NCBI GenBank assembly: GCA_905331295.1
Contig: CAJNYD010000037.1
Coordinates: 106,953 to 126,952 of the forward strand
Source: Rotaria socialis
Taxonomy: Eukaryota
Reading direction: 5' to 3'
DNA: 20,000 nt
This document shows positions 8,687 to 19,790 of this stretch, one piece after another (within the stretch, counting starts at the first letter, position 1; every line of letters starts with the position of its first letter). The notes beneath the pieces were generated by a model. The model was not told where the DNA came from. It saw only the letters and a list, made by a program, of their open reading frames with translations, and ran no database searches. The translations under genes and the position numbers were made by a program.

Positions 8687-11464
8687 TTAGTTTTTTCCAT
8701 TGAAAATAATACGCATTTGTTCTTTGTCTTCTTTTGATAAACATAAATAACTTTCCCCTCGAGTTTGAAAACAATGTTCTGTTTTTGATGAACACGGTTT
8801 ATCTAAACATGTTTGACGATATTCACATAATGTACCATAATAAAATTTCGATGTTGAGCATAAACATTGATAGGCACCATTATCGTCTTTGATACATGTA
8901 CCATTATTTCGGCATAATTTAAATTGATCACATTCAGATGTCGTATTACAAGCCGAACAATATTTTGGACAGCTTTCGACGAAGTATTGACCTTTGACCA
9001 TAGTTGAATATTCCGTGCACCAGTTCTTAACTTTTTTGTTTAATTTCGAATAGACTTTAATTAATTGTGAACAATCAGCAGAATCAATACATGTATATTT
9101 ATCGAAACTGCTAGGTTTAACATATTCTCGAGGTTTTATTATTGTTGATAGAAACTTTTTGCTGGCAGCAACTTTTTTTGATTTTTTTGAAGATATTTCT
9201 TGTGTTGTCTAAAATGAGATGTACTCCTTAGTAAAGTGAAGTGAAAGAAAATTTACCGTTGCCATCGTAGTTGTAGTAGTTTGACGCAATGGTAGTTGAT
9301 TACATTGACCACATGTATGTGGACATAATTTCTTGGGAGATATTCCATTAATACGAACATAATCATTGCCACAATATTGAGCAAACATGGAACAACGTGC
9401 ATGTTGATCACCACATTCCGGTATTAAATGTCTGAAATTTGAAAATGGTCGATATTTTTTTAAATTAATTTAAAATTTCGACTGTCATTTACTTTTTACA
9501 TTCTTCACAGCATAGACGATAGTAGGGTATTGATGATTCGTAACATAAATAAGTTACATTCATACCACGAGATCGTAATAAATTAAGTGCATCTGAGCAA
9601 AGCATATTACCCGTACTTAACTTGTCGATTAAACTTAACATTTGAATAGGTACAAGCAAATCTCCATAGGGACAATTATCTAAATCAGTTTTTTTCATTG
9701 TTTGATTTATAGATACACATTGTTTTTCAAGACATACACGATTTTCACCACATGGAGTTCCTATAAAAATAGTTTACAAAGAACAAATCTGGAAAAAAAA
9801 AACGTTTTTATAAAATGCAAACCATCAAATGCTCCATATTGCCAATACATATATTCATCTTCTGGAGTTTTAAAACATCGCAATTGATTGCAAATATTTT
9901 CTTCGTATAAGTTATGATTGCTATTATTGTATGTAACAGAAATATACGGAATAGCTCGTGGTCCATATTGTAATTGGCATTGTTGATGAACATTAATTAT
10001 TTGCCCTAAGTAGAATGAACTCATATTTCGTAGGTTTTCAAATTTTGTATCATTCTTTGTGCTAATTATTTTATTTTTCCAACATGTTGTCGTTGTATTA
10101 TCAACAAAATGATTTAATTCGCTGATTGAACATTCAGAAAAATAAGGCAGCTGTTGGCGATCAACGGTATTCATATTTTTTGGTGACATTATATATCGAA
10201 ATTTAGGATCAAAACATTTATTTTCTGTTTCATCATGAGTGAAGCCGAGATTATGCCCAAGTTCGTGTGCAACTGTCATTGTCACAGAAAATGAATTCAG
10301 ATCTTCTTGAATAATTGAATATTGAAATAAAGGTAAACAAGTACCTAAAACATACGCTGAACCAGCTCCATCGTTTAGGTCGAAACGAGTAAATGTTGCA
10401 ATATGATCAACACCATTGCGAAAATAACGTTCATCAAATTTATTGATTTTATAAGCTTGATGGAATGATTTAAGAAGATTCATGCTAATATTTGGTCGTA
10501 ACTGCACGTTATTGGGTGATTTTCGATAATTTTCTGTTAGAGATGATATATTTGTAAATGATTCCCATGGCAGACGATGTTTATTAGTAGCAAAAATAAT
10601 TTTAGTTAAACGAATATGAACATCCAGTGTTTCATTAATCAGCGATTGTCGATAGAGTTGTTCAACACCCAAGAAAACATGAGTATAGTACAATTTAAGT
10701 ATTTCAATGGCTTCTAATTCAGTTTTATTTAATAATGCTCGAAGATCATTTGTAATAAGACTATCAATAACGGCAACTATTTCCAAATATAAATGACGAG
10801 ATTTTTCAGGTACCGGCCGTAGTGTTGTTGTTGTCATGGTAGCATTTGTCAATAGTTCAGTATCATTTTCAGCTGAAGATATTGTTATATTTTCAACTGT
10901 AACAGGTAGTAGCGTTGACGAATCTATTTGTGTAGTTGCTCGGAACGTTGTTACTTCCATATCTGAACTGTTGTATGTAGATTCTGTTTCATCAATAGCA
11001 CGTCGTTCATAATTGCTATTCCAATCAATAGTAGCATATGCTTGTTCAATAATTGACTCTTTCGATTTGATAATATAAGCATTGTTTACTGATCGTTTTG
11101 TTTTTGTTTGTTTTATAGACATAGGTGAAGATATGTCATAGAATGTTCCATTCGGTATTTGTACCATAGCAAATAAAAGATTGTTGTCAGTCGATGTGCC
11201 ATGGATTACTGTTGCAAAACCATGAGAATTTTCATTTGATTCCAAATGATAAGTTTTAACCGATGTTCCAGATGATAAATTTAATATTTTAGGATTGTGC
11301 TCATCATCAAGTATGATTACATTTGGTAAAGAATATTCAGCATTCGGCTTTGTTATTTCAACAAATGGAAAATAATTATCACTGCCATCAATATTTAATG
11401 TTAAATCAAATGAAACTATTGAATTTATAGTGGTTAATACGAGCAGCAAGATTACCAACGCCAT
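8687..11464 (-). CDS. ADAMTS-like M12B (reprolysin) zinc metalloprotease with a Cys-rich module, two ShK-like domains and EGF-like repeats, about 868 aa
   Basis: Exons 11464-9823, 9760-9493, 9431-9257, 9208-8687, all in phase. Signal peptide MALVILLLVLTTINS; furin-like KTKR; HLYLEIVAVID; zinc motif HELGHNLGFTHD; Met-turn YIMSP; ADAMTS-type disintegrin-like QQCQLQYG..ICNQLRC..AFDGTPCGENRVCLEKQC; ShK-like CGDQHARC..CPHTCGQC and CIDSADC..CPKYCSAC; EGF CRNNGTC..YQCLC..YYGTLCE. Confidence 0.9.
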
Positions 11465-12027
11465 ATTATTTGAGAAATAACTGTTGTTATGTAGAAAGAT
11501 ATTCTTGTATTGAAGCACAATATTCCTTCAACTCGAACTATCATGTGATGACAGCTTTGACATTATTAATGTTATGCTGAATAATCTACGTATCTGTTAG
11601 AGAGTACTCTAGCAAACCTTATTTATTTATTTAGTTCTTGTTTCCTTTTGTGTGTGTTGTGTGTTTCTTGTATGTGCAATCCAACTCGAGATGCACATAC
11701 GTCAACCGTTCTTTTCCATTTTTTTCTTTCCTCTCTCTCTCTCCATCTCTCTCTGCCTTTGTTTTTCTCTCTCTCTTGTGTATGTGTTGTACAGTATAAA
11801 TAGGAAAAGAAAACGAATAATAAAGGAGATCAGATTAAGAATAGATCACGATCGGATCATATTGGAAAATAGAAACGTGTATTTCTACGTTGTGAAATTG
11901 AATTAAGTTACAGCTGGGCCTCTGTAACAGTATCTAATGTAATAGTCCAAAGGGAATTAGTAATGTCATATATATATACACAAAACAACATATTCTCATC
12001 AATAAATATCACACGGCTTTCATGTCT

Positions 12028-12834
12028 TCAAACATACAATTGATTACTTGAATATAGATTTACGTAATCTGTCAAACACCGAACCATGACTATTCCAACG
12101 ATCTATAATAATAGAAAACTAATTATATAACAGCATTGATAATCAACTGAAATTACCAAGGTCGAACTCATAAATAAAGCCAATCCACCATTCGTTCCTA
12201 TCATGAGCGTCTCTTCAACATACTAAACATAAAATTAATCAAAGTAAATATATGAAATTATTTTAAAGCTTACAATAATTTGATTCACATTTGGATTATT
12301 TGATTGACTTATGAAACCATCGACTTGAACTACAAATATAGGATTCATTCATTTTGTTCTTCTCTTTCAAAAAAAGAAAAGAAAACATACATGCAAAAAT
12401 AATACCAATAATACCAACCGCTGCTCCAATTATCATCAAAAACCATAAGCAACATTCAAACTAAATCAATCAGACAGTATTACAAACACTTAGGCTTACT
12501 TTTTTCTACTCACTATTCTTAATAATATTAAGCGTAATGTAAAGAAAGCAATAAGCCCATGAATACTTATTAGAATACCAAATGATCCAATAATAACGAG
12601 AAGAATACCAAAGCCTAATTCACGACGATAGATATCTGTTGAAAAACTAAGAACAGTTTGAAGACGTGGAATAATTAGATGCCATGTACCAAGTACAATA
12701 AATGCTACTGATTCGATCACAAGAAGAAAAATGAATAGAAGCGAAACTAAGATGATACACAGATGTAATGGTCTGTCACGAACACTAGTTGTTGGTCTAT
12801 ATTGATATTGAAGAGATTGAGATCGATTATGCAT
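12028..12834 (-). CDS. Tetraspanin-like 4-TM protein, paralog B, about 195 aa, complete
   Basis: Exons 12834-12514, 12460-12391, 12329-12274, 12222-12157, 12102-12028 in phase. Four hydrophobic segments; the TM2-TM3 pattern GILLVIIGSFGILISIHGLIAFFTLRLILLRIF resembles tetraspanins. The gene model is solid, the family assignment is less sure. Confidence 0.8.
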
Positions 12835-12881
12835 TGGTATATATTGAATACGATCGTTTATAGATATCTTGACAACTATTG
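12721..12881. repeat. Direct repeat, copy 2 (near-identical to 4776-4936)
   Basis: Same 161-nt alignment, offset 7945 bp. Confidence 0.95.
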
Positions 12882-13370
12882 CTTGATTAACTGACAATGT
12901 CGTGAACGAAAAAAACAGGATATGAACTAAAAGGTTTTTCTTTTTCTGGCATTTTGACTTAGTAATTGCTCAGTAAGTGAAAAATCAGTTAGATTACTTG
13001 TTATTTTTTTGATGAAAACAGGGAACCCATTACGTGACAAGATATAATCATGCCAGAATGAAATGTGTCACGCATCTTTTATTTCAATTAATATTTTAGA
13101 TGTCTCCAAGGTTGTCAAAAAACATGGATGAACGTTGTTGTTGGCCATGTTCTCATGATTTTCGTGCTTGTTCAAAATATTGTTCTTGTTCTATTTGAAA
13201 ATACAAAATATTCTGTATATGAAAATGAAATGAACAATATTCTCTTGTAGGCAGCGAAGGTTTTTCTCGGTTAGTTTGATGTTATTTACATTTCACATAA
13301 AACATAGACAAAACAGGTAACGCTATTAGAATCTGTTCCGTGTAGAATGAAGTATAAAATCACAGTTTTT

Positions 13371-16300
13371 CTAAATATTAACAAACTCAACTGAATAACC
13401 AGATTTGATTACAAATAAATTGTGTAGATTCAAAACAAGAAACAGAATAATTGAAAGTAAATATGAGTTCGAAGCAGTATTTTGATAAAGAAGACTTGTA
13501 TCAGGATTATAAACTGAAAGTAAAGAAATTAAACTTTAAAATTTTACAAGAATAATATTAAAAACTCACGTATCAAAAGTCGTCCATCATTATCTAACAG
13601 AAAAGACAACAGTAGAATAATAAATAATAGTAGCATAATTATAACTTACCGAACCGAAATTCTGTTATTGGAGATGAATATTTGCCTTCGCCCCCAAGAG
13701 ACCAAGCTTGTACACGTAATTTATAATTTCGATTGGTATATAAATTATCAATTATCAGATTGTATATCGATCTATCAGCATAGTAAATAGTTGCATTACG
13801 AATTGACTGGTGATTTTCCCAAACTTTAACCTACAAAAACAAAAACGACTTAGATCTGCTATCAACGTAAAAATGTTGTTGATCCTTTCTACCATGTATC
13901 CTTCTAGAGGTTCTTCATCGGCTGATGTTGATATTCCACGCCATTCAACTTCTAATTTGTACATATAGACATCATCAAATAAACGAACACGCCTATCTTT
14001 TTCACTCTGTGGTTGTCGGATAGATATATATTGTGGTTGTGTTTGCGGTGATAAACGAAATGTTCGATGTGAAAAATAATCACTTTCAGGACTATCACCA
14101 AAGTGTGTATAAACAGAAACACGAACACAATATTCAACATTTGATTGAAGACCAATAATAATAGCGCGAGACCGTTGACCTGGAAAACGTCGTTCCCAAT
14201 AATTTTGAAGCTCATCAACATCTTTACGCCAATAACGAACAGTATAGCCTATAAAAAAAACATTTTTCTAACGAATCAAAACTTTGAACTTTTGATTTTA
14301 ATACCAAGTAAACTACCATGTAAAATTTCAAAATCATTTTCATCAATCATATCCCAAGTTACAGTCAGTGCTGTGCTATTGTATGGATAACATTTAACAT
14401 TTAAAACTTGACGTGTTGGGCGATCTTCAGCTGAACGCACCGTAACATTACCAGATATAGGCCCTTCGCCAAGAGAATTAACAGCAGAAATACGAACATC
14501 ATATGGAAAGTAATAAAGTTTATCGGCACTAATTGAATGAAAATAGATTTTGTTTTTTCTTATCTCAAGATTCATTTAACTTACAGGTGCGTTATTAAAA
14601 AATTCCGAAGTGGATAAATTACATTGAAAATTTGTCGTCGATTTTCTCCTTTTTTTTGTACATATATTCGATAAGTTAAGTTGGGCCCATTCCAAAACTC
14701 CATTGGCAGTGGATTCCAAATTATTCTTAAATCACCCATTTTACCACCACCTCCACCTAAATCAGTAGGTGCGAAGCCAGGAATATCTGGTTGTGTTGTA
14801 CAAGTTGCTGATACGTCTGATCTTTCGCCAGATCCATACACATTTGTTGCAAATACACGAAAATTATAATCTGTAAATGCTGATAGACCCGATAATGTCA
14901 TGGTAATAAACTTATTGAGTGGTAATGGTATTGAAAAATTTCCATGAAACATCCACCATGAACGATAATTAGATAGAGACTCAACTGTATAATATAGTAT
15001 TGGTGAGCCATGTTCACTGCCAACAACCCATGATAATGTTGTTTGACGTTGAAATGGGTTACTACAGCGTACACCAGCCACTGGACCTGGCGGTCCGAAT
15101 ACGTTCAATTGATAGAATGAGGTTTGTTTATCAATGGTTGTTTGTGCTACACACGTATATAGTCCAGCATTACTATATTGAACTTCGACGATGCGTAGAT
15201 CGCCTGGACGATCAAAATTATCCTGTTGAAAACGTCGATTATCAATAGTTAAAATTTCATTATTGAACCGCCAATGAAATGTTAAATCCATTTGATTTAT
15301 TGAACGAGCATCACATGAAAGAACAATTGTTTGGTCTGCGATGGCATCACGACTACCAGATGTTGACAACATTGTTGTACCTTCAAACATAACGTAGACA
15401 AATGTACTTTGTTGTGCAATACCATATGGATTTGTTGCTATACATGTATAATTACCTAGAAATAGATTTAATAAAAATATAAAATCGAATCTTCGAATTA
15501 TAATCATTTATGAAAGCAAGAACTGTTCGTTTTACTCTTACCAGAGTCAAATAATTGTACATTGAGTATAGCTAAATTTCCATTGGGAAATATTTGTATA
15601 TTATTTGCCATAATTAACGGAATATTATTTTTAAACCATTGTATTTGTGGTTGAGGTGCGCCTTCTGGATGACAACTAATTGGAACTAAACTACCAATAA
15701 CTGATCTTAATGTTGATGCCATTGTATTTCTACTAAATGTTGGTGCTAACGTAATAATACGTACTTCAGCTGTACTGAAACGTTGTATATCACTTTGAAC
15801 ATTTGTTGCTGCACATTGATATATGCCATTGTCATAGACTTGTACATTCTTTATCATCAATTCATTATTTATTATTGTCAAACGTAGTTGTTGTTCTAAT
15901 GTTAACCGATTGAAAACTATTTCTGTTGCATTTATAAACCATGAATAACGTAATTGATCGAGTTCATTCGTGTATGCTTCACAATGTAACTGCAAAGTAG
16001 ATCCAACATCAAGTATTTGATCTTCCAGTGGTGTAACGAAAACTGGATCAATTTGTATTTGTAATGCAACAGATTCATGAACAACTGAGCGTGTATTTGA
16101 GGCTTCACAAATATATACACCCATATCGTCACGTTGCAAATTAGGTATGATTAATTCACGATTATAATTATTTAAGATAACTTTCGATTGTAATGAAAAG
16201 AAATTACCACGAGCGTCTTGTCGAAACCAACGGTAACTCGGTATAGGATATCCTTCTGATACACATTCAATTGAGATGTTTTCACCCAATTTAGGTAAAC

Positions 16301-18037
16301 GTGTCATCGGAAAAATATGTGGAAAACTTGGAAATATACGTGGACCACGTTCTTGTCCAAATGTTGAACGTACAACTAATTCTGTACCTTCACTCGTTTG
16401 AGATGGTAAATAACGTAAACGTGAATTCTTAGCCTGAACAGCACAATAATATCTTCCTGCATCACCGTCAGTTACACGAGAAAAATATAAATTTCCATTT
16501 CGAGAAATAAAACGTTCAAGTGTTTGTTGTACTTTTTGATTGATTCCACCTTTAAACCAAGCATAATTAAGCTAAAATAATCAAAAGAAAAAATATTGTT
16601 TTTTTTTCTTCAAAAATTCTAATTCTCATTTACATCGCCTGTATTTGTATTTCTATATAAACAATCCATTATTGCATCACGATGGCCATGAGCAATTACA
16701 TTTGGTCGTTCACGTTTTTCAAATCGATCGAGTACTAATAATAGAGGAATTCATTATTGACTTTAGCTTTTGTCAATCAGAAAAAAAAGTTATTTCTACG
16801 CACTAATTTCACGCAAATGAACTCGATTACTAATTGCAGCACCATAGTAGTTTATTGCTTTACAAAAATATGTTCCACTATCTTCATTAGTGGGATTATT
16901 GATCTAAATAAACATTAGACAAATATATGTAAGTTTTCAACAAACAAAAGAATATTTTGTTTTACCATTAAGTTTCCACCATGTTGAAAAAAACGCGGAT
17001 CAGTTAGATTTACTACTACGGCTTCTGATACAGAATTAGTTATCATTCGAAACCAACTAAAATCAAAGATATTTTTATAATTTTGACAATTTCATTATCT
17101 ACATACTAATAATCAGCGACTGGATAGGCATCAGCTTGACATGTAAATGTCACAATAATATGTAAAGATGCTCTAGCAATACCAAATGTACTTTCACTAC
17201 CAAGTGTTATTTGATCAATATGTCCATATTCTTGATCTTGTGGTTGTTCATAAAACTTTGGTCCACGAGGAATAAAATACTCTTCAATGGTTGATGGAAG
17301 ACCATATTCTACATAGATGATACAAAATCATATCGCAAATGAAGTCAATCAAATCATACCAATTCCTCGGTAATCATCAAAAATACCATAGCTTTCTTGT
17401 AGTGGTACTTCGCAAATGAACGGTAAGGTTTCTGTTGATGCAATATCGTAAGGTAACCAACCCCATTGACTACCTTCATTGTTGTATAAAATGGCTATTT
17501 ACTAAAAAACATTTATAAGAAGATTATTTTACTTTGATAAGCATAAACAATAAAGGATCCTTTTTGTTTTTCTTCTTCAGTAAGTGGTAACCATCCTTGG
17601 TCGTATTGAAAATTAAATAAGCCAGATCTCTTAGTCCATTGCCAAATCAATCCATTGCGTTTACCACTTGTAATCCAACGTTGTGCAGATGGATCATTTT
17701 CAGTCAACCAATTTTGTATAAATAAATGTTCATCAAATGATTCAACACTTAACAGATCTGTCTATGTAAATAATGTATGCCCAGATAAAAACAAATAACA
17801 AATAATCATATTTTAACTGACTGGACAATGCGAAACAGCACCACTATAAGTTTCTTGTGGAAAACGATAGAAACGATAGCACGATGATGTCCCAATAAAT
17901 TCCTCCCAGCCATGCGGGCATTCTGTGTGTGTCAAAAAGAAAATAAATCAAAGTATTTGTGGTCACTTACTTAGTATCTGTGCGAATATGAGTTGAAGAG
18001 CAAAAATGATCAACAAAGAAATTAGATGAAGATTCAT
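13371..18037 (-). CDS. Cont: Contactin, invertebrate type (signal peptide, C-type lectin, 6 Ig, 4 FN3, hydrophobic C-terminus), about 1277 aa, 15 exons
   Basis: Exons 18037-17971, 17922-17822, 17761-17533, 17473-17360 (acceptor ambiguous), 17308-17107, 17056-16966, 16903-16804, 16734-16634, 16571-15542, 15455-14585, 14528-14305, 14248-13893, 13830-13650, 13593-13570, 13513-13371. Lectin CPHGWEEF..CYRF..LPFICE; linker RGIEYG..IPRGPKFYEQP; six Ig Cys pairs; contactin signature APTDLGGGGGKMGDLRIIWNPLP..WNGP; EEPLEGYMVKVW; GGEGKYSSP. Confidence 0.93.
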
Positions 18038-18422
18038 TTAATATATTATCTGATTTAGTCAGAGTTGAAAATATAATATTTCTCTATGTTCTATTAAAAA
18101 AAACATTCTGAATATAATACTTTAGCTAGATGGTGTGTGTATGGATCATATAAATTGATATACAGTTATCGAGAGTACTCAGTTTGAGTATTACGACAGT
18201 CGTAAACGGTTGCATTTGAAGATGTATATAACTGTGGGCTTATATATGTGGCTTAGATAAAGACAGACATCACGATTATATTTCGTCATACCATACTGTC
18301 GAAAGTTTTCTTTACTGTTATCTGAATCAAAGTTAAAAAACTATTTTTTTCCAGCGAATTCATAATTTTACTAAAGATATTTTAGTTTGCAGAAAGAAAT
18401 ATGTATAAAAGCAAAACTATCT

Positions 18423-18446
18423 TGAGGGTATGGGTGTGGGTCAGGG
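18423..18446 (+). repeat. Four tandem telomere-like hexamers TGAGGG-TATGGG-TGTGGG-TCAGGG; potential G-quadruplex
   Basis: Read directly: four GGG runs at 6-nt period; the last unit overlaps the first five bases of the transposon TIR. Confidence 0.65.
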
Positions 18447-19790
18447 CTCCTAATGGGATGGGATGAATTCCTAATTCCATGGGAAATGTGATTATTTTTT
18501 TAAAGAAAAATGATTATTCATTAATGTCACACTTGACAGTAGGTGAAAAGTGTGAATATTTTCATTCTTTTTCTGTACTGGTCATTAACCTAACTCCGAG
18601 CTCTATTCGAACAATTGAATAAAGAATACGATAAAACATAGAAAACATAAATAAACATAAATGTTCTTTTTGTTTGAATGTTTTAATAAAATATCATTAT
18701 CTTTTGTTTTATAAATTGTTCAATATCACCTTCTATAATTATTTCTTCCTCATTATCATCCTTAGTTTCGGATAAACAGGAATATTCAGTTGAGAAAGTC
18801 AAATTTCGTTTACAACATCACAAGCAGAATTAAAAGGCATTGATAATGATATTCCAACTAGGAATGCACCAATTTCTAGTACATGGTACGATAGATAAAA
18901 TTTTTGCCTAATGTAGGAGGTAGTCGTCCTTTGATTCCGTTCCATATATCAGCCAAGATCATCTTTTTCGATCTATGAAAAACTATGATCCAAATTTATT
19001 AAAGGTGAAAAAGGGTTTTTGGATTTGACTCCCAGTTCCAATTTGTAAGTCGTTTTCCGTCAAATTCTGCCAAATCCAACCTAGTTTCAAACTTGCAATT
19101 TGATTTACACAAATTCTAAGAATAGATTTGAAAAAGCGTTCAAAACTGAACAGAAAAATATGAAGAAAGAGATGTTCAATCGATAATTCTCACTACCGGG
19201 CACGTCATTTTTAAGTAGGGGAAAGATCCAATCCCGTCAATTTCTTGAATTTTTTATTCAATATTTACATGTTCTCAGCATTGGGAGTTATGGATTAAGC
19301 CTCTTTTTACTTTTTTTTCTGTTCAGTTTTGAACGTTCTTTTCAAATCTATTCTTAGAATTTGTGTAATGCAAACTGTAAGTCTGAAACTGAATTGGATT
19401 TGACCGAAAACGACTTGAAAATTCAAATTCTGAGTCAAATCCGAAAACGTTTTTAATCTTTCATAAATCTCGGCTATCGTTTTACATAGAACAAAAAAAT
19501 GGTCTTGGCTGATATATGGAATCATAGGACCGCTCCACTCTACATCAGGCAAAAATGACATCTTTCTTGTAATGTACTAGGAATTGGTGCATCCCTAATT
19601 CCAATATTCAAATCGGAATGCTGGAAAACTTCGAATTTCCAGTTACAAAAAAGATAAACCTTGATTTTCAGTAAGATTTTTCGTAATATAGCGAATCCCA
19701 TGAGAGTCCATGGGATGGGATGGGATGGAACGACTTGCATTATCCCACGGGACGAAAATTTCGTCCCATCCCATCCCATTAGGAGCCCTG
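18442..19790. mobile_element. Non-autonomous TIR DNA transposon, hAT-like
   Basis: Perfect 24-bp terminal inverted repeats CAGGGCTCCTAATGGGATGGGATG (18442-18465) and CATCCCATCCCATTAGGAGCCCTG (19767-19790). Subterminal GGGAT/ATCCC pentamer arrays; CAGGG terminus typical of hAT; no transposase ORF; no matching target-site duplication. Confidence 0.8.
18850..19607. repeat. Long imperfect inverted repeat (arms about 18850-19203 and about 19271-19607) inside the TIR element
   Basis: Matching blocks such as ATGCACCAATT.CTAGTACAT, TTCCATATATCAGCCAAGA, GGATTTGACTC, AAGTCGTTTTC and TACACAAATTCTAAGAATAGATTTGAAAA recur in reverse complement and in colinear order. Boundaries are approximate. Confidence 0.88.

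Noticed and set aside
11652..11906. 84-aa ORF over a CT microsatellite-like tract
   Set aside because: Non-ATG start and low-complexity sequence upstream of the protease gene; not credible as coding.
11907..11928. Small hairpin GTTACAG-N8-CTGTAAC
   Set aside because: A 7-bp stem is expected by chance in 20 kb; no supporting context.
14145..15248. Plus-strand ORFs 14145-14390, 14681-14869 and 15000-15248
   Set aside because: Antisense shadows of contactin exons; the poly-Pro run is the reverse complement of the GGGGG motif.
19697..19780. GGGAT/ATCCC arrays and the GGGACGAAA-A-TTTCGTCCC palindrome as a CRISPR-like or independent repeat
   Set aside because: No repeat-spacer organisation; explained as subterminal repeats of the transposon.
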